Part shown: one piece after another, positions 11,322-24,172 of the stretch | Layout: each line of letters opens with the position of its first letter | Numbering within the stretch: the stretch's first letter is position 1 | From: Okamejei kenojei | Taxonomy: Eukaryota | Length of the DNA stretch: 64,000 nt | Direction: 5' to 3' | NCBI GenBank assembly: GCA_035221665.1 | Contig: CM069137.1 | Coordinates: 80,166,001-80,230,000, forward strand | Translations under genes and position numbers: made by a program | The notes under the pieces: model-generated | The model's database searches: none | Seen by the model: the letters and a program-made list of their open reading frames with translations, nothing else | Told to the model about the DNA's origin: nothing

Positions 11322-13019
11322 TCGAAGGCAGTCAAGGTGGTCGTAGATATTCTTCATCATAGTCGAAGGGCGGTCTTCACTCTCCACTATTCGGTGTCCA
11401 ATTTTACCAAAGTTAGTCGTAGCTAGTCGAAGCTGGTCTTCAACATAGTCGAAGGAGGTCGTAGGAGGTCTTCTACATGTCATTTTTTCAAACTCTTCTA
11501 AACTCGCCAATTAGGTCGCCCAAGTGGGACAGCCCCTTTATACTCTCCAGCAATATTTCCCAGGCAGCCCCTCTTAAATAGAAACACAAATGTAACCACC
11601 TTCCAGTCAAGCCGCACCTCACCCGTGTCTAATAACGATTGATGTATTTCAGCCAGGGTACCTGCAACTCCTTCTCTAGCTTCCCACAGTATCTTCGGAT
11701 TTATCTGATGAGCCTGGAGATTTATCTACCTTCACACACTTTAGGACATCCAGCACATCCTCGACTGTGATACAGACTGTTCTCAAGCCATCTTCATTAA
11801 CTCCCAAATTCCCCAGTCTGCATGGTAAAACAAAGACATACCCATTGAGGACCTTGCCCATCTCCTGCAGCTCCACACAGAGATGACCACTTTCTGAAGG
11901 GCCATAGGTTCTCTCTAATTACCCACTTTCCCTTAATGTACATACAATCTCTTTGAGTTTTCTTTAATATTATCTAGCAGAGCAGATGGAGATATTGTGG
12001 AATTTAAATAAATCTAGAATTAAAATTGTTATATCATTGAGTATAAATTGTATACCTGCATTTTTCAAAGGAAATTTGTTATCCTTACCTAGTCCATTCT
12101 CTCATAAATATACTTCTCTTCATGGTTTAGGAGCGATTGGATTTGAATAATATATGCTGGCAAATCCATGTGAATGCATAAGAAAGAACTATATACTTGA
12201 AAAGATTGTACAATCAGATCAGAAAGGATAAATCAAGCCAGGTTTATTTTAAATAAAATAGAACTGAGTTGCATTCATGTTTCACAAGAAAGTAAATGCA
12301 CAAAAAAAAAAAAAAAAGATAAAAGAATTATAGATCGTGTTAAAAAAAGACCCTTTGTTAAAAGTACTTCATTCACATTTTGTTGGCTGAACTGATTTTT
12401 AATGAAGGACCCTTCCATGGACATCTTGCTAGTAGCTACGACAATTCCTATGTTAATCAGAACTGAACTAAGGAAATGGTTGTATTTATTTCATATTTGT
12501 GGCCACAGGGGGAATGGAGCTGCTCATCAACCAAATTCAAGGACACAATACCATTGCAAGCAATGAATGACAGGGAGATGGTGATGTGTTTTGCCAGATA
12601 TTGGTGGAACATTCACGTTATGTCTATGAGATGACCATGTTTTCCCTGTGTTCTTCTGGTTGAAATGTGCCATGGCATGACTTTCATGGTGGATGCAAAT
12701 TGGAAACCTTCAGCCCAATTTGTTGAAACTTCTGGGAAGTGGTGAATGGAGGGATAGATAAACATCGGAACAGAGGAGAAAGAGAAAAATATTAGAATAT
12801 GAAGAGGATGAACTAGAGTCTAATTAGGTACAGTAAGAGCAAATTGAGATAAGACGAAAGAAAAATAACTTAGCACTTCCAAACACTCAAGCAACAATTT
12901 CCAATGATAGGATTGAGAGTGAATAGATTAAATGGACCTTGGTCCAGTAACTGGTTTGGCCTTATATTTTACAACTTCAATCAAGGAAAACATCTTAAGC
13001 CACAAATGTGACAATACCA

Positions 13020-13293
13020 ACAATGTGTGGACGTAGCCCAGACCATCACGCAAATAACCTCAGTTCCATTGACTCCATCTACACTTCACGCTGACTCTGC
13101 GAGGCCACCAGCATGATCAAGGACCAGTCTCACTCCCTCTTCTCTCTCCCATCAGGCAAGAGGTACAGAAGTTTGCACTAAATGTTGTACACTTGATCCT
13201 TTACCTGTGCACTGTGGACAGCTTCATTGTAATCATGTATAGTATTTTCTTTGACTGGATAGTACACAAAAAAAAGTGGGTACAAGTGACAAT
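13020..13293 (+). mobile_element. L2/Rex-like LINE 3' fragment
   Basis: ccattgactccatctacacttcacgctg...ccatcaggcaagaggtacagaag; homologous to 57950-58660. Confidence 0.6.
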
Positions 13294-13369
13294 TACTTGG
13301 ACAACAATGGACCATTTGGTTCTAAGTCTGCAAAAATGTTGCAGCAGATAAAGAATGTGGCAAAATTCC

Positions 13370-14650
13370 TTTCGAATTTTTTCAGGAGGTGACGAAGGTG
13401 ATCAAAGAGGGTAGGGCAGTGGATGTTGTCAACATGGATTTTAGTGAGGCATTTGATAATGTGGTTCATGGTAGGCAGATCCAGATGTATTTATTTATTG
13501 TGTGTGTGTGTGTGTGTATGAAAGTAGGCATGCAGGTGCAGCAGGCAGTGAAGAAAGCGAATGGTATGTTGGCATTCATAGCAAAAGGATTTGAGTACAA
13601 GAGCAGGGAGGTTCTACTGCAGTTGTACAGGGTCTTGGTGAGGCCACACCTGGAGTATTGCGTACAATTTTGATCTCCTAATCTGAGGAAAGACATTCTT
13701 GCCATAGAGGGGGTACAGAGAAGGTTCACCAGACTGATTCCTGGGATGGCAGGACTTCCATATGAAGAAAGACTGGATAGACTCGGCTTGTACTCGCTGG
13801 AATTTGGAAGATTGAGGGGGGATCTTACAAAATTCTTAAGGGGTTGGACAGGCTAGATGCAGGAATGTTCCCGATATTGGGGAACTCCAGAACAAGGGGT
13901 CACAGTTTAAGGACAAGGGGGAAGTCTTTTAGGACCGAGATGAGAAAATAATTTTTCACACAGAGAGTGGTGAATCTGTGGCATTCTCTGCCACAGAAGG
14001 AAGTTGAGGCCAGTTCATTGGCTATATTTAAGAGGGAGTTAGATGTGGCCCTTGTGGCTAAAGGGATCATGGGGTATGGAGAGAAGGCAGGTACAGGATA
14101 CTGAGTTGGATGATCAGCCATGATCATATTGAATGGCAGTGCAGGCTCGAAGGGCCGAATGGCCTACTCCTGCACCTATTTTCTATGATTCTATGATTAA
14201 GATTCATGTGGTTAGTGGTGACTTGGTCATTTGGATTCAGAACTGACTTACTCATGTAGCCAGTGGAGTTCCTCGGGGTTCTGTGCTGTGACCTTTGTTC
14301 TTTGTGATTATATACACACATGTCAGACTTGTGTGNNNNNNNNNNNNNNNNNNNNNNNNNNNNNNNNNNNNNNNNNNNNNNNNNNNNNNNNNNNNNNNNN
14401 NNNNNNNNNNNNNNNNNNNNNNNNNNNNNNNNNNNNNNNNNNNNNNNNNNNNNNNNNNNNNNNNNNNNNNNNTTAAAAAAACATGGATATAGATATATAT
14501 ATTTAAACAACTTGGACATAAATGTAGATGGGTTTGTTAGTAACCTTGCAGATGACACCAACAATAGAGGAATTGCAGATAGTGAGGAGTGCTGTTGAAG
14601 TAAATAGTGGGATATAAATAATCGACAGAAATGGGCTGAGAAATGTCAGA
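13370..14650 (+). mobile_element. CR1 LINE fragments (younger copy ~13517-14195 within an older one); spans a gap
   Basis: DVVNMDFSEAFDNV, LLQLYRVLVRPHLEYCVQF, 3' tail gggccgaatggcctactcctgc...(ttctatg)n, and NLADDT. Confidence 0.85.
14336..14472. other. Assembly gap
   Basis: Run of N. Confidence 1.
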
Positions 14651-15018
14651 CTTGTCTGATTTTACACTCTAACTGCAGCAGTAACTCATTCAATCTCACA
14701 TTTCAGACACATTCTCTTTGCCTATCTAGCCTTCTCCACATCCTCCGCTATCGAAAACAAACTTGCTTTTCTCTCTTTCCTAGTTCTGATGAAGAGCCTG
14801 AGAACAGGTTCTCTTTCCACGAATACTGCCGGACTTGCTGACTGTTTCCAACGTTTTCTGCATTTATTTCACATTATTGTTGAACAATACATCTGAAATT
14901 CTGCTGTGGTCGCAATCCTGAGAAATAGTGACGAAGTTAATTGGACTATTTTTTCCAATTAATTTTCAATGAAGATAAATTGATTACATTAATAATAAAC
15001 ACAATTCATGTATTGATA

Positions 15019-15297
15019 TGGGTGGCACAGTAGTGCAATGGTAGAGTTGCTGCTTTACAGCTCCAGAGACCCTAGTTGGATCATGACTACAGGTACGGTC
15101 TGTACTGGGTTAGTAGGTTCTCCCTGTGATCATGTGGGTTTTCTCCATGTGCTCTGGTTTCTTTCCACACTCCAAAGATGTGCAGGTTTGTATCTTCCAT
15201 AAATTGTCCCAAACGTGTAGGATAGAACTGGTGTACGGGGATCGCCGATCAGCGCAGACTCGGTGGGCCGAAGGGCCTGTTTCCACGCTGCATCTCT
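15019..15297 (+). mobile_element. V-SINE
   Basis: tRNA-like head, V-domain, tail gggccgaagggcctgtttcc. Confidence 0.85.
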
Positions 15298-15504
15298 GAA
15301 GGAAAATTACAATGTGCTTTGACTTTTAAAGTATGAATGTTAATCCCCAAAATTGTGCACGAAGAAATGTCTCTAAATTATTCATTGTCATTGTTATCAT
15401 CAGAATTATTTTGTCATAGGTTTCCAGTATCTGAAGTTTTTCATTGTTATCAGAAACGTATGTATTTATTTATTTTTAAAAAAACATAAAATGGTATTGT
15501 CGTT

Positions 15505-15930
15505 TGCCGGCACTGGGCCTATAGTCGCTGGAGTTTAGAAAGATGTGGGGGGACCTCATTGATACATGCAGAAAAGTGAAAGGCTTGGATAGAGTGGATG
15601 TGGAGAGGATGTTTCCAATCATGGGAGAGTCTAGGACTAGAGGTCATAGCCTCTGAATTAAAGGATATTCTTTTAGGAAGGAGATGAGGACAAATTTCTC
15701 TAGTCAGAGTGTGGTGAATCTGTGGAATTCTTTGCCACAGAAGGCTGTGGAGGCCAGGTCAGTGGATATTTTTAAGGCAGAGATAGATAGATTTCTGATT
15801 AGTACAGGTGTCAGAGGTTATGGGGAAAAAGGCAGGAGAATGGGGTTAGGAGGGAGAGGTAGATCAGCCATGATTGAATGCCGGAGTAGACTTGATGAAC
15901 CTAATTCTACTATTCCCTATGATCTTATGA
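15505..15930 (+). mobile_element. CR1 LINE 3' fragment
   Basis: NFSSQSVVNLWNSLPQKAVEA followed by a CR1 tail. Confidence 0.85.
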
Positions 15931-16383
15931 CCTTATATATTAAAAAAAAAAGAATTAATTCCGTTCTTAAAGTAAAGGGTGGAACTGCAAGGAACTCTAC
16001 CCCATTTTTCAGAGTGCCATTGACCACTTCCTATTTGATGGGTTCCCATCTGACTCAAAACCTACAGAAATTTGGCACACAATAAAAACCCATAAATGAA
16101 CTAATTTTGATAGGGCTGTTGGAGGAAGTAATATATTACTAATCAAATTTAAATTGGTGAAAGACTTAATAAAGACTATAACGATTACATTGAGCACATC
16201 AAACAACAAATAAATCTGTTAGATGTAATCTGTTCCGTTATTTGTGTTATTCCCCTGACATTTTGATTGACGGTTAGCAGCTTAAAGAGGGAGTGACTGA
16301 ATCAGGGTTCCATTCAAAAATCAAAGTTACCACGTGTGAAGAGTGAATTCTGAATACATCAATGACAAAGATAATTTGGAGAC

Positions 16384-16963
16384 AAAGGCCTGTTGACCTG
16401 GCAGCAGTACTGGGTCAAAGATGGAGTTGCAGTGGTCTGCCTGTTATTATTAATTATTTTTTCAGGATGTTGGTATTGTCAGCAAGGCTAGTATGTATTA
16501 TCCATCAATAATAGCTATTGAAAATATAACAATGCAATGCCTTTTTTAAAGCTACTCCCACAGTGCTATGGGGTAGGAAGAGCCAAGATTTAGACTCATC
16601 AATATTCTTGTTAGCATGTGGAGTAAATGTAATTGCCTGAATACAGTCTTGTGTGATAGTGGGGATCTCAGGAGGACGTTGTGAAGCATTCATCCATTTG
16701 GTACATCTGGCTGAATAAGGTTGTGAACGCTTCAGCTTTGGCTTGAGCTCTTGCATGCTGTTCCCTCCATCACTGAGGATGAGGATGCAGCTGCCCTGTG
16801 CCCCACTAGATGTCTATTGTCCACCACCATTCATAATCCGTCATGGCCTGCAGCGGCACGGAGCGTCCTGGCAGCGATGGAGGACATCTACACATCGCCT
16901 GGCCAGGCAGACCGCTGCAACTCCAGCTTTGACCCAGTACTGCTGCCAGGTCAACAGGCCTTT
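16384..16963. repeat. 60-bp inverted repeat (16384-16443 vs 16904-16963)
   Basis: 58/60 complementary by eye. Confidence 0.85.
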
Positions 16964-17618
16964 ATGGCCAAGTTAAGACTCTAACATCTGTGTGCACGTT
17001 CTCCCTGTGGCTGCGTGGATTTCCTCTAGATGCTCCAGTTGCCTTCCACATCACAAAGACGTGCAGGTTGGTAGGACAATTGACCTCTGTAAATTGCCCC
17101 ATGTGTGTAGGTGAGTAAGTGGGGAATTTATGATAATATGGAGACAATAAAGTTGTATTAGACTCATGTATATTTGTTTATAAAATTATGAGAGCATAGA
17201 TAGGGTAGAGAGTCAGAACTTTTTTTCCCAGAGTGAAATTGCCCAACACTGGGCATGGATATAAGATGAGGGGGAGGCAGGTATGATAGTGGGGTTCAAG
17301 AGGTTTTTAGATAGGAACGTAGAAATGAAGGGAAAAGTGGGATTAGGATCATGTGCAAGCAGATGAGATCAGTTTAATTTGACGTCATGTTTTGGCACAG
17401 ACATTGTTGGCTGAAACGCCTGTTCCTGTGCTGTACTGTTCTATGTTCTAGGTTAGGGTTAGTGTTAATGGGTGGTTAATGATCAGTGTTGACTTGCTGG
17501 TCCAAAGGGCCTATTCCATGCTGTAACTCTCTTTGTCTACTTCTCTCTATGGAGCAGCACTGATTAGTCAGCTGAAGAGGAATAGGAGGCAGTAATCAGA
17601 ATGTTTCTTTGCCCAGAA

Positions 17619-18800
17619 GGGCGGCTCTGTGGCGCAGCAGTAAAGTTGCTGCCTAATGGGCCTGTCCGACTTAGGCGACTCTTTAGGTGACTACAGGAGA
17701 CTCTGTGGTTGCCACATGGTCGCCACATGTTCACGGGTTGTTGCCGGGGAGTTGCCTTCATGGTTGTAAGTAGTTCCTGCATTCTCGGAACTAGTCGCGG
17801 CTTCATTCTGGTTGAAAAATTAGCGGCGACCAGAATGAAGCCGCCATGGAGAGTAGCGAGATTTCTCGTGCCGTAGGTGCAGTGGTAATGGGTCGTCAGG
17901 AAGTGGTAGGTTGTCGTAGGTTGCCGCCGCTGCTGACCGGTGAATTTCATTGGCTCATTGGGGAAAAAAAACGCAAAGAGTAGTTTTCAAAAGCAAAGAT
18001 AACCGACCGGTAATGTTACTGTCTGCCGAGCTTCACAGCTGTGTATCTCTGGCTTCTTAAAAGTTGTCTCCACTCCTTCTCCCCACCCTGTCTCCCCCTT
18101 CTCCCCCCTTCTCCCCCTTCTCCCCATTCTCCCACCCTCTTTTAAAGGAAATGACTCTTCCCAGTGTGCTTTCACCATCTTAATTACAGCGCCAATCTTC
18201 CTGTTCATCATGGTGTGTTTCTCTATCACATTGGCTTTGCATCGTCTTAATTTCACTCAGACAGCGCTCCCCCTGCTTGCCTTGTCTCTCGCTTGCGTAA
18301 TTGGCTGGTGAAGGAAGCAATGTTTGTGTGTGTGTGTGTGTGTGTGTTCCACTCTGACAGTCGCCGGGTTTTCAGCAACCGGTTACAACTTGACTGTCCG
18401 GCAGTTGCCTGAAAAATCGCTTAAGTGGGACAGGCCCATTAGAGTGCCAGAGGCCTGGGTTTGATCCTGACTACGGGTGCTGTCCATACAGAGTTTGTAC
18501 GTTCTCCCTGTGACCACGTGGGTTTTCTCCAAAATTCCCAAAAAGTACCGGTTCGAAGGAACTGCAGATGCCGGTTTACACTGAAGAGAGGCACAAAATT
18601 CTGGAGTAACTCAGACAGCATCTCTGGTGAAAAGGAATAGGTGACGTTTTGGGTTGAGACCCTTCTTAATTGTGTTTTGTAAAATTGAAAATCATTCCTA
18701 GTGTGTCGGATAGTGCTAGTGTACAGGGTTCGCTGTTCGGCAGAGACATTGGTGGGCCGAAGGGCCTGTTTCTGCATTCTATCTCTAATCTAAATCTCTA
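17619..18800 (+). mobile_element. V-SINE interrupted by a MITE (17657-18438) and a PLE terminus (~18555-18668)
   Basis: Head ...gttgctgcc resumes after the MITE as ttagagtgccagag; tail ends atctctaatctaaa. Confidence 0.8.
17657..18438. mobile_element. PIF/Harbinger-type MITE (family B)
   Basis: TIRs TGGGCCTGTCCGACTTA / TAAGTGGGACAGGCCCA; flanks TAA...TTA; homologous to 51795-52500. Confidence 0.85.
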
Positions 18801-19914
18801 AACATATTAGACCTGATGACAAAGAGTTGTGCATCCTTTGAAGGAGCAACGTTAATTAATGCAAAATCAAATACCTCGCATTAATAATTCCATCTGTCAG
18901 CAACCTTACAGGTTGGTAGTCAGTAATTCCCTTTAACTAGTTCACCCCCATGAGATTACACTAAAAAATAATAATTTAATAATTCAGGAATGCAGCAGAA
19001 CATCATAAAATAAGCACTTAAGATAGCCATATTTTTCTTTGAAGTGCATCTTAATGGTTAGTCCCTTCACTTTAAATGTCAAATGCCAGTCTCTTTTTCT
19101 ATCATCAGAATGTACTGCTTGGCATTCTCTCCGTATCTCATTGTGACATACATATTTCATTGACTGATGTACATGATAATTTCTAAAACATGCACAGGTC
19201 ATCAATTATGAACGTCTCACCTGCAGTCCATTGCTTGATCAACACTTTTTAACATGTTCTGTGCAAGAATTTACTGTGTTGCGACTAACTTATGTCAGAC
19301 CTGTTTACACATCAAAATATTTGGCAATAATTTAGGAAAGGTTAGAGGCTTGCAGCTTATTTCAAGTGCCGTGGAAAAATCGTAGATTCTCCAAATCTGT
19401 GATGGGAATATTTTGTGAGAACTGCCAAGGTAGGAACCTGGGTTTCCACTTCTTGTTTGTGCTTGGACAGGAAATACTGAACTGACTGCATAACTAGATC
19501 CTATCTTCCATCACCCTCAGATGATTATTTTATACAACCAATAATAGAACCTTGTGGAAAGAAAGCATTGGTAAAGTTTTCCACCCAGGACTTCTTGGAC
19601 GGAAATCTCAAGGCAGGTTTAGCAGATGCCAAATTTAGTTTGTTGGTTATGCTTAAAAATAAAAGGCTTTCCATATGCAGTAGTGACATTCCTTATTTGG
19701 TGTTTAAAAATTAATGGCGAATAGATAAATCGGAACATATTTTTTGTCAACCACAAAAATACTCAGTCTTAGCTCTTGGATACGATCTCAGCGAATGAAA
19801 TTCATCATAGAGTTTGGTTTAAAACTGGCAAATTGGCAATGGGAATTATACTCCTGTAGAACATAATTCACTGGCTCTGCTGAAGCAATGGTTTTTCACA
19901 CATTTCAATAATTT

Positions 19915-20172
19915 ATTTCAGAGATACAGCATCGAAACAGGCCTTTCGGCCTACTGAGTACATCCTGAGCAATGAAAAACCGTTTACAATAGTTTGATGT
20001 TTACCCACTTTCTCTTCCACTCCCTCAACATTACAGACAATTGTACATAGGCCAATTAATCTACAAACCCACACATCTTTGGGAAGTGGAGAAACAGGAG
20101 CACCTGGAGGAAACCCATGCGGTCACAGGGAGATTATATAAAATCCATACAGACAGTACCCAAGGTCAGGAT
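19915..20172 (-). mobile_element. V-SINE (5' truncated)
   Basis: Reverse-complement tail and V-domain. Confidence 0.75.
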
Positions 20173-20366
20173 TGCCAGAGTTGCTACATCATTTGCCAAT
20201 GTTTGTGCTCAATGCTATGACTGAGGAAGATGTGTATATCGCAAACCAACCTTGTAAGAACAAACCTGAATAAAATTCGGGAGTGATAATGTTTAATTAT
20301 ATCATTTCTCATCTTCTACCTTAATTTGTTTCCATTGTTCGATGTTCCGGTGTTTTGTTCATATTA

Positions 20367-22082
20367 TGGGCCTGTCCCACTTAGGTCTTTGCAGTGCACC
20401 GAAAATTTTCAACATGTTGAAAATCCAGCGGCGACTAGAACAAAGTACGACAGTTTAGGCGACAACTCCCGACCATACATGCTTCACCCCACGACATGTC
20501 GCCAGGGTGTCGCTTGTATGGTTGTGAGTAGTCTCTTCAGTCACCCAAAGAGCCGTAGCGTCGGTACGGGTTAACTTCACGCCGCTCCCGGACGCTAGAT
20601 TTGACATTTATCACATATAGGCGATAATTTTGGAAATATATTATGTAATTTAGATTTGGAGTAATGTAGTCTATGTAGAATTTTAAACTGTATAAGAACA
20701 TGTTTAGCATTTAACGAACAATGATGTATGTGTTGTAAGCTTTCGTCCCATATTTCTGAGCTTATTATTTGACCTAATTCATTTTCCCAAATCTGTCTAT
20801 GTGTTTCCGTTGATGGGATATCACTTTCCAATAAAATATTATAAATATATGATATCATTTTTTCTGTATTTGGATGTTTATTCAAGCATTCATCTAAAAT
20901 TTCAGTCTTTCTATTTCTAAGTTCTTGTGTATTTGCAGAGATATAGTTTCTGATTTGTAAATATCTAAAATATTCATTGTTATGTAGTCCATAAGTTTGT
21001 TGTAACTCTTGAAATGCTTTCCTTATAAAGATCCCCTATGTTTAAAATTCCTTTATTTTTCCATTGTAAAAAAGCCTTATCCATCGTTGAAGGTTTAAAC
21101 GTAAAATTGTTGGCAATGGTAAGACCTAACGGTATAGATTTTAATTTTAATGTTTTCTTTATTTGTTTCCAAATGCGGATTCCGTTTTCTATTATCGGTT
21201 TTCACTATAAATTTTCTTAGTTACGTTAGTGTTAGCAAATATTATAGAACTAATTTCAAATGGAGAACAATCTTCTTTTTTTCATTTTTAACCAGTTTGG
21301 TTTGTTATCTATTTCTTCTAGCCAAAAATTCATATTTTTGATATTAACTGCCCAGTAATAAAACATAAAATTTGGTAATGCTAATCCCCCATTTATTTTA
21401 GCTTTACATAAATGTTTTTTATTTATTCTGTGGTTCTTATAATCCCAAATAAAGTTAGTAACTAGGGAGTCTAATTTTTTGAAAAAAATTTTAGGGAGAT
21501 ATATCGGGAGAAAAATCATTTTTATCGCGTTGATTTTACCTAACATTGAAATAGGTAAACTTTTCCAGTATAAAATATTCTTATTTAATTTGTTCAGTAA
21601 TAACGGGAAGTTAGATTTAAATAAAGAATCAAATCTTTTTGTAACGAAAATGCCAAGATATTTAATATTTTCATTTGTTATCTTGAAAGGAAATCTGTAA
21701 ATTATTCATCGTTATTGGCATAAGTTCACTTTTATTCCAATTGATACTGTATCCTGAAATTAATCCAAATTCCGTTATTAGTTTTAACAAATTTCGGATA
21801 CTTATTTCCGGTTCAGTGATATAAAGTAATACATCGTCCGCATATAACGAGATTTTATTCTTAGTATCTTTAGTATCATATCCATGTATTTCCGGATGTA
21901 ATCTCATCCTTTGGGCGAGAGGTTCTATTGCTAGCGCGAACAATAAAGGTGATAGAGGACAGCCGTAGCGCCTTTCTAGTTGCCGCTGAGTTTCCAACAC
22001 GTTAAACATTTTTGGCGACCTGCAACGACCTATGACGGGTGCCGGCAGTCGCCGAAAAAGTCACGTAAGTGGGACAGGCCCA
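20367..22082. mobile_element. PIF/Harbinger-type MITE (family C), interrupted by an L1 fragment
   Basis: TIRs TGGGCCTGTCCCACTTA / TAAGTGGGACAGGCCCA; TSD TTA/TTA. Confidence 0.85.
20561..21960 (-). mobile_element. L1/Tx1 LINE ORF2 internal fragment, no poly(A)
   Basis: GCPLSPLLFALAIEPLA, SLYADD, GGLALPN, QFKILHRLH, CDKC; flanked by the direct repeat AGCCGTAGCG (20551-20560, 21961-21970). Confidence 0.9.
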
Positions 22083-22147
22083 TTAGAGTATTATAATACT
22101 AGGGGTCCAGATACCTGTAGTTTATTAATTCTATTCAGAAGATTATT

Positions 22148-22458
22148 CAGTTTAGTTTAGAGATACAGCGCGGAAACAGGCCTTTCGGCTCACTGGGTCC
22201 GCGCCGACCAGCGATCCCTGCACATTAATACTATCCTACACCCACTAGGGACAATTTTTACATTTCCCAAGCCAATTAACCTAGAAACCTGTACATTTTT
22301 GGAATCTGGGAGGAAACCGAAGATCTCTGAGAAAATACACGCAGGTCACGGGGAGAACGTACAAACTCCGTACAGACAGCACCCGTAGTTGGGATCTAAC
22401 CTGGGTCTCCGGCGCTGCATTCGCTGTAAGGCAGCAATTCTCCCGCTGCGCCACCGTG
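22148..22458 (-). mobile_element. V-SINE
   Basis: Complete head-to-tail match on the minus strand. Confidence 0.85.
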
Positions 22459-22714
22459 ACTGGCTCTGCTGACGAAAATCAACCTTGCTTGGATTGCACG
22501 GTAACAGGTTGTAGGTAAATTCAAGGCTGTGGGTGCGTGCATGTTAACCAGATTTGCAGGCAGAGGAGATTTACCTGACATCATGTCCGGCACTGACATT
22601 GTGGGCTGAAGGGCCTGTTCCTGTGCAGTATTGTTCTATGTTCTATGTTCCTAGGATGCTCACCATTTGGGGATGTGCATTCCATGGCAGCAATTAACAA
22701 TAAAAGATGAGTTT

Positions 22715-23345
22715 GGGGTGGAGTTGCCATACTTTACAACCTGCTGTTATTTGGTGAGTTCACCGTATGCTTTATACCCGGTGTTATTTGGTTGCTTTAC
22801 AATATGCTTTATATCCTGGTGCTTTTTGGGGAGCTTACATAGTAGTAGAGCCCTCTCGGTCAGGACTGACCATGGGTGATGCATCCTGGTCGGATGCAAG
22901 CCTGGGCGCTGTCATATAGAGGACAGGATGTTGCCCATGCAGCACGTCCCCCCTCTCCACGTCGCTGATCGATCCAAAGGAACAGCAGGGCCATTACAGT
23001 TTGACACCAGTGCCGTCGCAGGAGCTGCCAGAGCAAGGGGTTGTAGACAACGACGAACTGCCTTGGGGGCTCCGACTCCGGATTTTCTTGAGGTTTACTC
23101 CTGGGGCCTTTTCCATGACTGGATATGGCCACAAGGCAGTGGAGTTTTAAATCAGAGTTTCCCCTCTCCTAGATGGACTGCCTTCCCAGGCTGACGAGCC
23201 CCATCTGCCTGAGGAGCTTACAACAGGTATTACAATGCTGTTATTTGAGGTTCACAGATGCATTAAACCCTGGTGTTATTTGGTGAGTTTACCACGTGCT
23301 TTAAACCCGGCTGTTATTTGGTAAGCTTACAACAGACAATTTAAC
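22715..23345. repeat. Degenerate ~38-bp minisatellite, interrupted by an RTE-derived element
   Basis: About 7-8 units like tgttatttggtgagtttaccacgtgctttaaacccgg. Confidence 0.75.
22840..23212 (-). mobile_element. Non-autonomous bipartite RTE-derived retroposon (5' UTR + 3' end)
   Basis: RTE-type 5' UTR motif ggggctcgtcagcctgggaaggcagtccatctaggagaggggaaactctga; 3' hairpin gtcagtcctgac and (ACT)n tail; TSD GGAGCTTACA (22830-22839, 23213-23222). Confidence 0.75.
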
Positions 23346-23505
23346 CTGCCGTGACGTTTTAATCTCCATAACATGAAACAAAAAAGGAGCTGAACTTCAA
23401 CAGTCAGTGTAATTCAGGTGTTTCCTCGAAGAACAAGTAGCAACGAAAAACTTCATGGAGTTATTAATATTATAAATTGACCAAATAGCGCTAGATTATA
23501 AAATT

Positions 23506-24172
23506 TAGAAGCTAACTTGACACACTCATTTACAAATTGTGTAAAAATCACAAAATTTTGGATAGAAATATTTAGGATAATTTCGAATGTTGCTAATATG
23601 AATCTGACTCCTGACTCAAAGTTAATAATATTGGGAATACTGGAAACAGATCAATTAATAACAACGAATCAAATAATTTTTATTGATTATAGTTTAATAA
23701 TTGGGAAAAAATGAATATTAAAATTCTGGAAAGGTCCTACATCCCCCACAATCAAAATGTGGATTACAGGAATGTCGGAGACACTCCATCTGGAAAGATT
23801 GAGGCTTGTCCTAATGGACAGGTTGGATCTTTTCAGAGGAATATGGGCTCCATACATTGAATATCTAAAGGGTCAAAATGGCTCGGTGCGAGAGCCTGAC
23901 TGAAACCTGAATAATGGAATAGATAAAGAAATACGTATAACAAATCATGGATATATCTCCAACGATGGATAACTTTTTAATACTCCATTCACTTCTTTAT
24001 TTTTGATTTCTTATCTTTATATTATTTTTCTCTATCTTTTCTTACTTATAAAAAGATGTATAGAAATATAAATAAGTCTTAAATATTAATATTAATAATA
24101 TTACGAAGGTATGTAAGAAGTATTTTCTATTAATATGTATTTACAATTAATAAAAATATTCATCAAAAAAAA
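23506..24172 (+). mobile_element. 5'-truncated L1/Tx1 LINE 3' end with poly(A)
   Basis: LEANLTHSFTNC..KFW, AATAAA plus A-tract, TSD AGATTATAAAATT (23493-23505, 24173-24185). Confidence 0.9.

Larger units (their letters stand above)
7932..11537. mobile_element. PIF/Harbinger-type MITE (family A), interrupted by the RTE-X LINE
   Basis: TIRs AGGGCCTGTCCCACTTGGGCGACCTAAT / ATTAGGTCGCCCAAGTGGGACAGCCCCT; TSD TTA at 7929-7931 and 11538-11540. Confidence 0.85.
7110..11980 (-). mobile_element. CR1 LINE fragment (7110-7928 and 11541-11980) split by a MITE that carries an RTE-X LINE
   Basis: LQLYKTLVRPYLEYCIQFWSP, KFTDDTK and KVDKSPG on the minus strand either side of the insertion. Confidence 0.85.

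Noticed and set aside
14124-14598. ORFs spanning the N gap (likewise 59218-59659)
   Set aside because: Artefacts of translating N runs.
15019-15090. tRNA genes at SINE heads
   Set aside because: They continue into a V-domain and CR1-like tail and lack a complete cloverleaf; these are SINE heads.
22715-23345. Regularly spaced ~38-bp repeats resembling a CRISPR array
   Set aside because: Units are contiguous and degenerate with no unique spacers and no cas genes, in a eukaryotic context; this is a minisatellite.
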